DNA of 64,000 nucleotides from positions 32,001 through 96,000 of the forward strand of contig CAVQSP010000014.1 of NCBI GenBank assembly GCA_963715985.1, given 5' to 3'. This DNA comes from an uncultured Thermoleophilia bacterium. Lineage in GTDB: Bacteria; Actinomycetota; Thermoleophilia; UBA2241. The notes beneath the pieces are model-generated. The model was not told where the DNA came from. It did not search any database and worked only from the letters and a program-made list of their open reading frames with translations. Both the position numbers and the translations under genes were made by a program. Position 1 is the first letter of the stretch, and every line of letters begins with the position of its first letter. Of the stretch, positions 10,301 to 18,767 are shown one piece after another.

Positions 10301-11032
10301 ATCAAGTTCTACGACCGCAATGCCAACGGCACGTTCGACTCCGGCGAGTCCTTCATCAAGGGCTGGCGGATCAAGGTCTTCCGCCTTGACGGTACTCTCG
10401 TGGCGCGGGGCCACACCGATGTGGCAGGCGAAGTGACCTTCAGGCTCGGAGCGGGCACGTACATCGTCCGCGAAGTCATGCCGTCGTGCGCCTGGGTGGC
10501 GACGACGCCCCAGCAGCAGACGATCACCGTACCGCCGGGAGGCCCGCAGCAGGTGTGGTTCGGCAACGTGTGCCTCGGCGCCGGTGGCGGCCACTCCCCG
10601 GGCTTCTGGTCGAACAAGAACGGTGAGTACACGATCAACGCAATGATCAGGAGCGGGATTGACGTTTACGCGAGGCTCCGCGCTCTCGATCTCAAGGACG
10701 GTTGGGGCCGCAGCTTCGACCCATGCAACTACACTCAGCTCAGGACCTGGCTACGGGCCGGCAACGCGGCCTACATGCCTTACCAGCTCTCGGTCCAGCT
10801 GGCCGCGATGGAGTTGAACGTCTGGTCCGGGTTCGTCAAGGGCGACGCCGTGGTCTACGGTGGACTCGCCATCGGCTTCCTCAGCATCAACGACCTGATG
10901 GACCGGGCCGACACGGCTCTTGGACAGGGCAGCGCGAGCCGCGCCTACCTGGAGCAGCTCAAGTCCGCCCTGGATGGTGCGAACAACAACTGCACTTTCG
11001 TCCAGCGCGGCCCCTGCTGCATCAGGTACTAG
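7394..11032 (+). CDS. Large secreted/surface protein with tandem Ig-like (DUF11/DUF7507-type) repeats, SdrD-B-like domain and C-terminal GFWxN domain
   Basis: N-terminal signal peptide; five ~110-aa repeats (LSLVKSASPATYD..ITYxYxLxNTGNVTL..ITQADLDAGSVKNTAT); KFYDRNANGTFDSGE..GTYIVRE; SPGFWSNKNG. Confidence 0.85.
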   Translation: MEKPKHSHALAYVLIIALVLLGAFSAIAAAASERSPEASASSASGQGSADNAASSTRLMAAAGPLAASVTVIKEVALNTPEFLDEPGGAFTFTLTISNLGADAVTVQTVTDILDGQPLVPTPPELLVLEGQPIPSNGSLTATFSIVVKEPVDGNGTPHENGAEVTVVDAQNVPTTVVTDSPAYFWVDDLRPTVTIQRLITSQPPFLELATVNYTLRITNTSVEPVLITQLVDTFQPTNSFPGIVGKTWLQPNGFLDIPLTVGPLDAGGYYEWAEVVVEDNEGNQVTQSDNRFPTTLTLRVQDVFPTVTISKTVDRTSLPAPATFNYTLIITNTSPERVQITDLSDSQSFDPGGWVGEWLAAGEVLSIPYSVTYDAPGTYVNDVWLSVMDNELNQFDAPIASQSVTVVPAAPALSLVKSASPATYDTLGQVITYSYTLTNTGNVTLVGPFTVTDDKAVAAPTLPLPITLAPAASIDFSATHTITQADLDAGSVKNTATGAGKFGNATVTSNQATATVTATQTPALSLVKSASPATYDAAGQTITYTYVLKNTGNVTLAGPFSVADDKVTVPAAAGPLAPGASVQTSATYTVTPADLDAGSVTNAATASTTLGGNPVTSNQATATVTATQAPALSLVKSASPATYDTLGQVITYSYTLTNTGNVTLVGPFTVTDDKAVAAPTLPLPITLAPAASIDFSATHTITQADLDAGSVKNTATGAGKFGNATVTSNQATATVTATQTPALSLIKSASPATYDAAGQTITYTYVLKNTGNVTLAGPFSVTDDKVAPADITVPATPTSLAPNASITVTGAYKITQADLDAGSVKNTATGAGKFGNATVTSNQATATVTATQAPALSLTKSASPATYDTLGQVITYTYVLKNTGNVTLAGPFSVTDDKVAPADITVPATPTSLAPNASITVTGAYKITQADLDAGSVKNTATGHAAFGGKDVPSNRASATITAACCVTAIKFYDRNANGTFDSGESFIKGWRIKVFRLDGTLVARGHTDVAGEVTFRLGAGTYIVREVMPSCAWVATTPQQQTITVPPGGPQQVWFGNVCLGAGGGHSPGFWSNKNGEYTINAMIRSGIDVYARLRALDLKDGWGRSFDPCNYTQLRTWLRAGNAAYMPYQLSVQLAAMELNVWSGFVKGDAVVYGGLAIGFLSINDLMDRADTALGQGSASRAYLEQLKSALDGANNNCTFVQRGPCCIRY
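8621..10280 (+). repeat. Five tandem ~330-bp intragenic repeat units
   Basis: Units start at ~8621, 8954, 9278, 9611 and 9950. Units 1 and 3 are essentially identical in DNA (offset 657); units 4 and 5 share a long identical core. Confidence 0.92.
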
Positions 11033-11070
11033 CCGGTATGACCGAGTAGGCTGGATGCGGGGTTGGAGAC

Positions 11071-11110
11071 GCCGGGGGCGGGCTGTGAAGCCCGCCCCCG
11101 GCGATTCTCT
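11071..11110 (+). terminator. Hairpin terminator after surface protein gene
   Basis: gccgggggcgggct-gtga-agcccgcccccggc then attctct. Confidence 0.65.
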
Positions 11111-11139
11111 GCATACTGTTCATCGGCCAATCATCTGTC

Positions 11140-11168
11140 TTGCATCATTCCCACGGGTCCGGTATAGT
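11140..11168 (+). promoter_or_regulatory. Sigma70-type promoter of the arg operon, with an ARG-box-like site just upstream
   Basis: TTGCAT-17 nt-TATAGT; tgcatactgttcat at ~11110 resembles an ArgR half-site. Confidence 0.6.
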
Positions 11169-11177
11169 CCCCCGACG

Positions 11178-11306
11178 ATGAGCAGCGCCCCGATCATCTG
11201 GTCCGTCCCCGACGCTCGCGCCGCAGCGGGTGTCCGGCGCTGCGCCGCCCTCCGAGCCCGACGCGCACGACGCGCGCCGGCCGGTGGGCGTCTCCGTCTG
11301 CTCTAG
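11178..11306 (+). CDS. Putative Arg-rich leader peptide (42 aa)
   Basis: MSSAPIIWSVPDARAAAGVRRCAALRARRARRAPAGGRLRLL. ATG is 9 nt after the -10 box; 10 Arg codons including CGA/CGT; hairpin over the stop codon. Confidence 0.4.
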   Translation: MSSAPIIWSVPDARAAAGVRRCAALRARRARRAPAGGRLRLL

Positions 11307-11407
11307 TCCCCGCGACTAGCAGCGCTCGCGAGACGACTCTCACGCCCTCCGCCGGCGACCATTCGCGCCTTGCCCGCGTCCATGCCAACGTGCACCCGGA
11401 GTGCCTG

Positions 11408-12528
11408 ATGATTTCTGCGACCTGTATGCATACCCCGCCTACCGCCGCCGTGGCGGGCCCTCACTCGGTCGCGGCCGGCCCCAGCTCGACGGCTGACCCG
11501 TGCGTGGCCACGGCCGGCATCGTGGGCGGCAGCGGCTACACCGGCGCCCTGCTGGCCGAGCTGCTGCTGCGGCACCCCTCCGTGATGCTCACGCACGTGA
11601 GCTCCGAAGAGCCTCGCCGGCGAGCCGGTGAGCAAGCATCTGCCGCGCGTGCGCGGCGACCTCACCTTCTGCCCTGAGAGCGAGGTGCAGGGTGTGGACG
11701 TGGCCTTCGTGTGCACGCCGCACGGCGAGGCGGCTCGGGTGGTCAAGCGCCTCGTCGACGACGGCGCCCGCGTCATCGACCTCAGCGCCGACTTCCGTCT
11801 CGACGCCGCCACCTACGCCGAGTGGTACGGGGAGCACCCGTGCCCGGAGCTCCTCCCCGGTGTGTACGGCCTCACGGAGCTGAACCGCGAGGCGGTGGCG
11901 GGCGCGACCATCGTGGCCAACCCCGGGTGCTATCCCACGGCGGCACTGCTGGCGCTGACGCCGCTCAAGTCCCTGGGCCTCGCCGACGTGATCATCGACG
12001 CCAAGTCGGGCGTCAGCGGCGCCGGCAAGGCGGCCAAGCCCACGACGCACTTCTGCAGCGTGGACTCCGACCTCGTCGCCTACGGCGTGCAGTCGCACAG
12101 GCACTACCCGGAGATCGCCGCGGGTCTCGCCGGCGGCGGCGCGGGCCCGAGCGCGTTCGGCGCGGCGGCCGGCGCCGGGGGCCCGTCTCTCACCTTCATC
12201 CCGCATCTCGTGCCTCTTCAGCGCGGCATCAGCGAGACCATCTACGTGCGCCCCTCCACGTTCCCGCTGCCCAGCGCGGCGCAGGTCAGGCAGCTGTACG
12301 AGGAGTCCTACGCGTCCGAACCCTTCGTCGAGCTCTGCGACGCGCCGCCGCAGCTCAAGGACGTGGCCGGCACCAACTACTGCCGCATCTTCGTGCACGT
12401 CGACGAGCGCGCCGGCCGCCTCGTGGTGATCAGCGTCATCGACAACCTGATGAAGGGCGCCTCAGGGCCAGGCCGTGCAGAACCTCAACGTCATGCTCGG
12501 CCTGCCCGAGCACGAAGGGCTGGTCTGA
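11408..12528 (+). CDS. argC: N-acetyl-gamma-glutamyl-phosphate reductase (frameshifts at ~11610 and ~12465; start uncertain)
   Basis: GIVGGSGYTG, IDLSADFRL, ANPGCYPT, KSGVSGAG, DNLMKGA(S)GQAVQN. Confidence 0.93.
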
Positions 12529-12529
12529 C

Positions 12530-13777
12530 GTGCTGCCCGTGACCAGGTTCGCCGCGCTGCCGGCGGCGGCCCGCTCGGTGAGCGGCGGCGTCACACACCC
12601 CAAGGGGTTCGTGGCGGCGGGTGTGTCCAGCGGCGTCAAGAAGCGCGGCAAGCTCGACCTCGGCATCCTCTTCTCCGAGGTGGCGACGGTCTCGGCGGCC
12701 ACGTTCACCGGCAACGCCCATGCCGCCGCGCCGGTCCGGCTCACGCGGGAGACCAGCGACTGCGCCCACCTGCGTGCGGTCGTTGTCAATGCCGGCAACG
12801 CCAACGCCGTCACCGGCAAGCAGGGCCTCGCAGACGCAGCCCGCATGCGGCTCCTCACGGCCAACCACCTGCGCCTGCCTGTGGAGGCGGTGGCCGTGTG
12901 CTCCACCGGCATCATCGGCGTGCCGCTCCCCATGGAGAAGGTCGAGGCCGGCATCGACGCCGCGGCGCGCAAGCTCGCGCCCGGCGCCTCCCAGGAGTTC
13001 GCCACCGCCATCCGCACCACCGACAAGCACGCCAAGTACGGCGCCGTGGACGTCAAGCTGGACGAGGGGGTCGTGCACTTCGGCTTCTCCGCCAAGGGGT
13101 GCGGCATGATCAGCCCCAACATGGCGACGATGCTGTGCTTCGTCACCTGCGACGCGGAGCTGAGCGAGGCGGCGTGGTCGGAGATGCTGCACGCCGCCGT
13201 CCACGCCTCCTTCAACCGCATCACCGTGGACGGGCAGGAGTCCACCAACGACACGGTGCTGGGCCTCTGCAACGGCGCCTCGGGGGTCCGGCCCGGTGAG
13301 GGCAGCGTGGCGCTGCTCGCCGAGGTCCTCACCGCGGCCCTGCTCTCGCTGGCCGTCTCCATCGTCGCCGACGGTGAGGGCTCCACGCGCACCATGCGGC
13401 TCACCGTGACGGGCGCGAGCACTCCGGAGCAGGCCGAGGCGGTGGCCCGGGCGGTGGCCAACTCGCCGCTGGTCAAGACGGCCTTCTACGGGCGCGACCC
13501 CAACTGGGGCCGCATCATGCAGGCCATCGGCCAGGCGCTGGGGCGCGGCGGGCACGCGGCGCTGCCGGCGCGCATCGCCTACGAGGAGGTCGTCATCGTG
13601 GAGCACGGGCAGCCCGCCGTGCTGGACGCCGCCGCGCAGGAGCGCCTCGTCGCCATCATGCACCAGCCGGAGATCGACGTGAACGTCGCGCTCAACGGGC
13701 CCGGATCGGCGTCCACCGTGTATTTCAGCGACCTCACGCACGACTACGTTACCCTCAACGCGGAGTACTCGACATGA
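12530..13777 (+). CDS. argJ: Ornithine acetyltransferase / glutamate N-acetyltransferase
   Basis: NAGNANA, STGIIG, KGCGMISPNMATML, STNDT, DGEG, DPNWGRI, YVTLNAEYST. Confidence 0.97.
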   Translation: MLPVTRFAALPAAARSVSGGVTHPKGFVAAGVSSGVKKRGKLDLGILFSEVATVSAATFTGNAHAAAPVRLTRETSDCAHLRAVVVNAGNANAVTGKQGLADAARMRLLTANHLRLPVEAVAVCSTGIIGVPLPMEKVEAGIDAAARKLAPGASQEFATAIRTTDKHAKYGAVDVKLDEGVVHFGFSAKGCGMISPNMATMLCFVTCDAELSEAAWSEMLHAAVHASFNRITVDGQESTNDTVLGLCNGASGVRPGEGSVALLAEVLTAALLSLAVSIVADGEGSTRTMRLTVTGASTPEQAEAVARAVANSPLVKTAFYGRDPNWGRIMQAIGQALGRGGHAALPARIAYEEVVIVEHGQPAVLDAAAQERLVAIMHQPEIDVNVALNGPGSASTVYFSDLTHDYVTLNAEYST

Positions 13778-14649
13778 CTGTGCGCCACCAGAAGACGGTC
13801 CAGACCCTCCTCGAGGCCATGCCGTACATCCGCCGCTTCTGGGGGACGACGGTGGTGGTCAAGTACGGCGGCGCCGCCATGACCAGCCCGCGCCTGCGCG
13901 AGCAGTTCGCGGAGGACGTCGTGCTGTTGCGGCTCGTGGGCATGAAGCCGGTGGTCGTGCACGGCGGCGGGCCGGAGATCAGCCGCCACATGGCCCGGCT
14001 CGGTATGGAGGCCCAGTTCGTGGACGGTCTGCGCGTGACCGACGAGGCCACGATGGAGATCGCCAAGATGGTCCTCGTCGGCAAGGTCAACAAGGAGATC
14101 GTGGGTCTCATCGCGCGGCACGGCGGCAGCGCCGTGGGCATCTCCGGCGAGGACGGACGCATGCTCACGTGCGAACCGAAGAAACACCAGGACCACGCCG
14201 GCAACGAGGTGGACCTGGGCTTCGTCGGCGACATCGTGGGCGTGGACGTCAGCGTCCTGGAACTGCTCGCTGAGGCCAACATCCCGGTGGTCGCGACCGT
14301 GGGCGCCGACGACCAGGGTCACGGCTACAACATCAACGCCGACACCGTCGCCGGAGAGCTGGCCGCCGCCCTGCACGCCGAGAAGATCCTCTTCCTCACC
14401 GACGTGGACGGCATCTACGAGGATCAGGGCGGGGAGATGACGTCGATCTCGGAGTGCGATCTCGCCTATCTTGGCGCCCTGCAAGCCGCCGGGCGCATCA
14501 CCGGCGGCATGATCCCCAAGGTCGGCGCCGTGCGCCGCGCCCTCGAGTCCGGCGTGCACAGCGCCCACGTCATCGATGGCCGCGTGGAGCACGCCGTGCT
14601 GCTCGAGATCCTCACCGACGCCGGCTGCGGCACCAAGGTGACGGCGTGA
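13774..14649 (+). CDS. argB: Acetylglutamate kinase
   Basis: VVKYGGAAM, VHGGGPEI, GLRVTD, NINADT, GGMIPK. Confidence 0.97.
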   Translation: MTVRHQKTVQTLLEAMPYIRRFWGTTVVVKYGGAAMTSPRLREQFAEDVVLLRLVGMKPVVVHGGGPEISRHMARLGMEAQFVDGLRVTDEATMEIAKMVLVGKVNKEIVGLIARHGGSAVGISGEDGRMLTCEPKKHQDHAGNEVDLGFVGDIVGVDVSVLELLAEANIPVVATVGADDQGHGYNINADTVAGELAAALHAEKILFLTDVDGIYEDQGGEMTSISECDLAYLGALQAAGRITGGMIPKVGAVRRALESGVHSAHVIDGRVEHAVLLEILTDAGCGTKVTA

Positions 14650-14689
14650 GCGCAGCCGCCGTCGCGAGCGGCAGCGTCCCCGGCGGGAC

Positions 14690-14735
14690 TTGCATATTCT
14701 GCGCCCCGCTGGTGTATTCTATGCACGCCTGCATG
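14690..14735 (+). promoter_or_regulatory. Possible internal promoter / ARG-box-like sites upstream of argR
   Basis: AT-rich ttgcatattct...tgtattctatgca within otherwise GC-rich DNA. Confidence 0.4.
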
Positions 14736-14813
14736 GAGGGCGCCGCGCCTTCCCCGGCATGGGCAGGGGTCGTCGAAACGGGGGTCCTGAGAGACGTGAT
14801 CGCACGCCCGCCA

Positions 14814-15272
14814 ATGAGCAAGACCGAGCGCCAGCGGCTCATCCAGACGGTGGTGCAGCAGCGCGAGGTGGCCACGCAGCGCGAGCTCGTGAGCGCCCTC
14901 AGTGCCCTGGGCTGCGAGGTCACGCAGGCCACCGTGTCGCGCGACATCCGCGAGCTCGACCTGCAGAAGGTGCGCACGCACCTGGGCCGCGCCAAGTACG
15001 TGCTGAGCTCGCGCGAACGGCCCAAGGATCCCGAGCAGTCGGCGCGCCACGTGATGCACGACTTCGCGCGCTCCACCGCCGTCTCCCAGCAGCTCGTCGT
15101 GGTGCGCTGCGAGATCGGCACGGCGAACACGGTGGCCCGCCAGATCGACAACCTGAACCACTCCGACATCATCGGTACCCTGGCGGGCGACGACACGTTC
15201 GTCGTCATCGTCGGGGACAGCGAGGCGGCGCAGAGCATGAAGCGCTATCTCGACCGTCTCCGAGAGGCCTAG
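14814..15272 (+). CDS. argR: Arginine repressor
   Basis: TQRELV..VTQATVSRDIREL and GTLAGDDT. Confidence 0.95.
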   Translation: MSKTERQRLIQTVVQQREVATQRELVSALSALGCEVTQATVSRDIRELDLQKVRTHLGRAKYVLSSRERPKDPEQSARHVMHDFARSTAVSQQLVVVRCEIGTANTVARQIDNLNHSDIIGTLAGDDTFVVIVGDSEAAQSMKRYLDRLREA

Positions 15273-15407
15273 CGCGCAGGCACACACTCGCGCGCATCCC
15301 AGTCGCTCTCGGGCGGCGGCCGGCTCTCGCCCGCGCCGCCCGTCGGCGCCGCTCGCGCGGCGCCCCGGCATGAACGTCATCACCCCTGACCACAGGAGCA
15401 GCAGAAC

Positions 15408-16655
15408 GTGAGCACCGACACCAGCAGCGCCCCCAACGGTACCGTCGTCCTCGCCTACTCGGGCGGGCTCGACACCTCGGCCCTCATCCCCTGGCTCAAG
15501 GAGAAGTACGGCTACGATGTCGTGGCCTGTCTCGTCGACCTCGGACGCGTCAAGGACATCCCGATGATGATGGACCGCGCGATGGCGTCGGGCGCCATCG
15601 CCGCCGAGGCCATCGACGCCAAGGAGGAGTTCGCCGAGCACCACTGCCTGCCGGCCCTCATGGCCAACGCCCTCTACGAGGACAAGTACCCGCTCTCCAC
15701 CGCCATCGGCCGGCCGCTCATCGCCAAGAAGCTCGTGGAGACGGCGCACAAGTACGGCGCCACCGCGGTCGCCCACGGCTGCACCGGCAAGGGCAACGAC
15801 CAGGTGCGTATCGACATCGGCGTGCGCGCCCTCGACCCGAGCCTCGCCATCATCGCCCCGGCGCGTGCCGCCGACTGGCCGAGTCGCGAGGAGTTGCTCG
15901 ACTACGTGGCCGCCCACGACATCCCGATCGCGCTGACCAAGAAGAGCCCGTACTCGATCGACGAGAACATGTGGGGCCGCAGCAACGAGTGCGGCGTGCT
16001 GGAGGACCCGTGGGTGGCGCCGCCGGAGGACGCGTTCCAGTTCGTGGTGTCCCCCGCCGACGCCCCGGACGAGCCGCAGCACGTCGTGGTGACCTTCGAG
16101 AAGGGCAAGCCCGTCGCTCTTGACGGCAAGCCCATGGGCATGGTCGAGATCATCGAGACCATGGACGCTATCGGCAACACGCACGGCTTCGGCCGCGTGG
16201 ACATGATCGAGAACAGGCTCGTCGGGATCAAGAGCCGCGAGGTCTACGAGGTCGCCGGCGCTCTGGCGCTCATCACTGCGCATCGCGAGCTCGAGGACCT
16301 CGTCCTCACGCGCGACCTGATCCACTTCAAGCGCACCATCGAGAGCAAGCTCTCCGACATGATCTACGAGGGCCAATGGTTCGACCCGCTCACGGAGGCC
16401 TGCAAGGCGTTCCTCTTCCAGAGCCAGGAGCGGGTCACCGGCGACATCCGCCTCAAGTTCTACAAGGGCAGCTGCGTGGCCGACGGACGCAAGAGCGACT
16501 TCTCCCTGTACAGCTACAAGCTCGCGACGTACACGACCGAGGACGAGTTCTCGCACGAGGCGGCGGCCGGCTTCATCCAGCTGTGGGGCCTGCCCATCGA
16601 GGTGTGGGCGCGGGTCGGCAAGGAGCACCACATGATGAAGGAGCTGGAGACCTGA
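15408..16655 (+). CDS. argG: Argininosuccinate synthase
   Basis: LAYSGGLDTS, HGCTGKGNDQVR, YSIDENMWGRSNE, ENRLVGIKSREVYE. Confidence 0.98.
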   Translation: MSTDTSSAPNGTVVLAYSGGLDTSALIPWLKEKYGYDVVACLVDLGRVKDIPMMMDRAMASGAIAAEAIDAKEEFAEHHCLPALMANALYEDKYPLSTAIGRPLIAKKLVETAHKYGATAVAHGCTGKGNDQVRIDIGVRALDPSLAIIAPARAADWPSREELLDYVAAHDIPIALTKKSPYSIDENMWGRSNECGVLEDPWVAPPEDAFQFVVSPADAPDEPQHVVVTFEKGKPVALDGKPMGMVEIIETMDAIGNTHGFGRVDMIENRLVGIKSREVYEVAGALALITAHRELEDLVLTRDLIHFKRTIESKLSDMIYEGQWFDPLTEACKAFLFQSQERVTGDIRLKFYKGSCVADGRKSDFSLYSYKLATYTTEDEFSHEAAAGFIQLWGLPIEVWARVGKEHHMMKELET

Positions 16656-16683
16656 GGCCCGCGGCGGGGAAGAGGCGCCGGGC

Positions 16684-18105
16684 ATGCCGCCCGGCGCCGG
16701 CACGGGAGGCCGCACGGTGACGGTCGCGCGCTCGGGCCGCTTCGCCGGCGAGCGCGCACCGGCGTTCGTGGCCCTGAACAGCTCGCTGGCGCTCGACTGG
16801 CGCCTGTGGCCGCAGGACATCCAGGGCTCCGTCGCGCACGCGCGCGCCCTGAAGGGCGCCGGCCTGCTCAGCGCGGCCGAGCTCGAGGCCGTCGAGGACG
16901 GCCTCGCCCAGGTCGGCCGCGAGATCGAGGCCGGCGCCTTCGTGCCCGCCGACGCCGACGAAGACGTGCACATGGCCATCGAGCGCCGGCTCACCGAGCT
17001 CATCGGGGACGCCGGCGCCCGCCTGCACACCGGGCGCAGCCGCAACGACCAGGTGGTCACCGACGTGCGCCTGCACCTGCGGCTGGTCGTCGAGCGCCAG
17101 GACGCCGCCCTGGCCGACCTGCAGGGCGTGCTGCTGGCGCGCGCCGCCGGCCACGTGGAGACGGTCATGCCGGCGTACACACACCTGCAGCGTGCCCAGG
17201 TCACGTCGCTGGCGCAGCACCTGCTCGCGTACGTCTGGATGCTGGACCGCGACCGCACGCGGCTCGAGGCCGCCCGTGAGGCCTGCCTCGAGCTGCCGCT
17301 CGGGGCGGGCGCGGCGGTCGGCCTCGACTTCGACCTCGACCGCGAGGCGGAGGCCGCCGACCTCGGCTTCAGCCGGGTCGCCGAGAACTCGCTCGACGCG
17401 GTCGCCTCGCGCGACTTCGCCCTGGACTACCTGGCCGCGGCGGCGCAGCTGGGCGGCCACCTCAGCCGGCTGGGCGGCGAGCTCGTACTCTGGGCCACCT
17501 CGGAGTTCGGCTTCGTGCGCCTGCCGGACGCGTTCAGCGGCGGCTCCAGCATCATGCCGCAGAAGAAGAACCCGGACGCAGCCGAGCTCACGCGGGCCGC
17601 CGCGCCGCGGCTCACCGCCGACCTCTGCGGCCTCCTCGGCGTGCTGCACGGCCTGCCGCTCGCCTACAACACCGACCTGCGCGAGGACAAGCGTTACCTC
17701 TTCGACGCCGTCGACTGCCTCGAAGAGCTGCTGCCTGTGGTACGCGGCCTGCTTGAGGAGATCACCTTCGACGAGGCGCGCATGGCGGCGGCCTGCGACC
17801 AGTTCCTGGCCGCCACCGACGTCGCCGACTACCTCGTGGAGCGGGGCGTGCCGTTCCGCGAGGCGCACCACCTCACCGGCGCCCTGGTGCGCCGCTGCCT
17901 CGAGAGCGGCGAGCACCTTGCCCAGGTCTCGCTCGACGACCTGCGCACGCTCTCGCCGGCCTTCGACGACGGGTACTACGCCCTGCACGAGCCGGCCGCC
18001 CAGCTGGCGCGCAAGCGCTCGCGCGGCGGCTCCGCCCCTGCCCGCGTGCGTGAACAGCTCGAGCGGGCGCGGGAGGCCCTCGCCGCGCGTCCCTGCTGTG
18101 GCTGA
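16684..18105 (+). CDS. argH: Argininosuccinate lyase (start may be 16717)
   Basis: EDVHMAIE, LHTGRSRNDQ, YTHLQRAQ, GSSIMPQKKNPD. Confidence 0.97.
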   Translation: MPPGAGTGGRTVTVARSGRFAGERAPAFVALNSSLALDWRLWPQDIQGSVAHARALKGAGLLSAAELEAVEDGLAQVGREIEAGAFVPADADEDVHMAIERRLTELIGDAGARLHTGRSRNDQVVTDVRLHLRLVVERQDAALADLQGVLLARAAGHVETVMPAYTHLQRAQVTSLAQHLLAYVWMLDRDRTRLEAAREACLELPLGAGAAVGLDFDLDREAEAADLGFSRVAENSLDAVASRDFALDYLAAAAQLGGHLSRLGGELVLWATSEFGFVRLPDAFSGGSSIMPQKKNPDAAELTRAAAPRLTADLCGLLGVLHGLPLAYNTDLREDKRYLFDAVDCLEELLPVVRGLLEEITFDEARMAAACDQFLAATDVADYLVERGVPFREAHHLTGALVRRCLESGEHLAQVSLDDLRTLSPAFDDGYYALHEPAAQLARKRSRGGSAPARVREQLERAREALAARPCCG

Positions 18106-18734
18106 CGCGCCGGCGCGCGCAAGCCGCTCGCGCGCGCCCAAGCCCCTGTCGCAGTCCTTCTTCGCCCGTTCCGCCCTGGAGGTCGCCCGCGACCTCATCG
18201 GGTGCACCTTCCTGGTCGCGGGCGTCGGCGGCCGCATCGTGGAGACCGAGGCGTACCGCCAGGACGACCCGTGCTGCCACGCCTTCAACGGCAGGACGGA
18301 GCGCAATGCCGTGCTCTTCGGACCGCCCGGCCACCTCTACGTCTACTTCACCTACGGCATGCACTACTGCAGCAACACATCCTGCGAGGACGAGGGTGTG
18401 GGCGCCGGCGTGCTGCTCCGCGCCCTCGAGCCCGAAGCCGGGCGCGACGCCATGGCGGAGCGCCGCGGCATGAGCGAGCCGCGCCTGCTGTGCTCCGGCC
18501 CGGCGCGGCTTGCCCAGGCGCTCGGCATCGGCCGCGAGCACAACGGGCTGCCGGTGTGGCGGGAGCCGCTGGCCATCCTCCCGCCGCTGCCCGACGCGCC
18601 GGCGCCGCGAGGTCCTCACCACGGCGCGCATCGGCGTGCGCGGCGGCGACCAGAAGCCCTGGCGCTTCGTGGACGCCGCCAGCCACCACCTCTCGCGCTC
18701 GCTGGCGCGTACTCCCATCCTCCCGGCTGGGTAA
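18098..18734 (+). CDS. DNA-3-methyladenine glycosylase, MPG/AAG family (frameshift at ~18605)
   Basis: GRIVETEAY, YVYFTYGMHYC, GVLLRALEP, CSGPARLAQALGI, then TARIGV..PWRF in the next frame. Confidence 0.9.
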
Positions 18735-18767
18735 GATACCTCCCGACCAAGAGAGGAAAGGACCACC

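Noticed and set aside
7958-17258. Long antisense or alternative-frame ORFs (e.g. 7958-10594 and 14466-17258 on the minus strand)
   Set aside because: Typical stop-poor shadow frames of high-GC coding DNA, overlapping well-supported genes.
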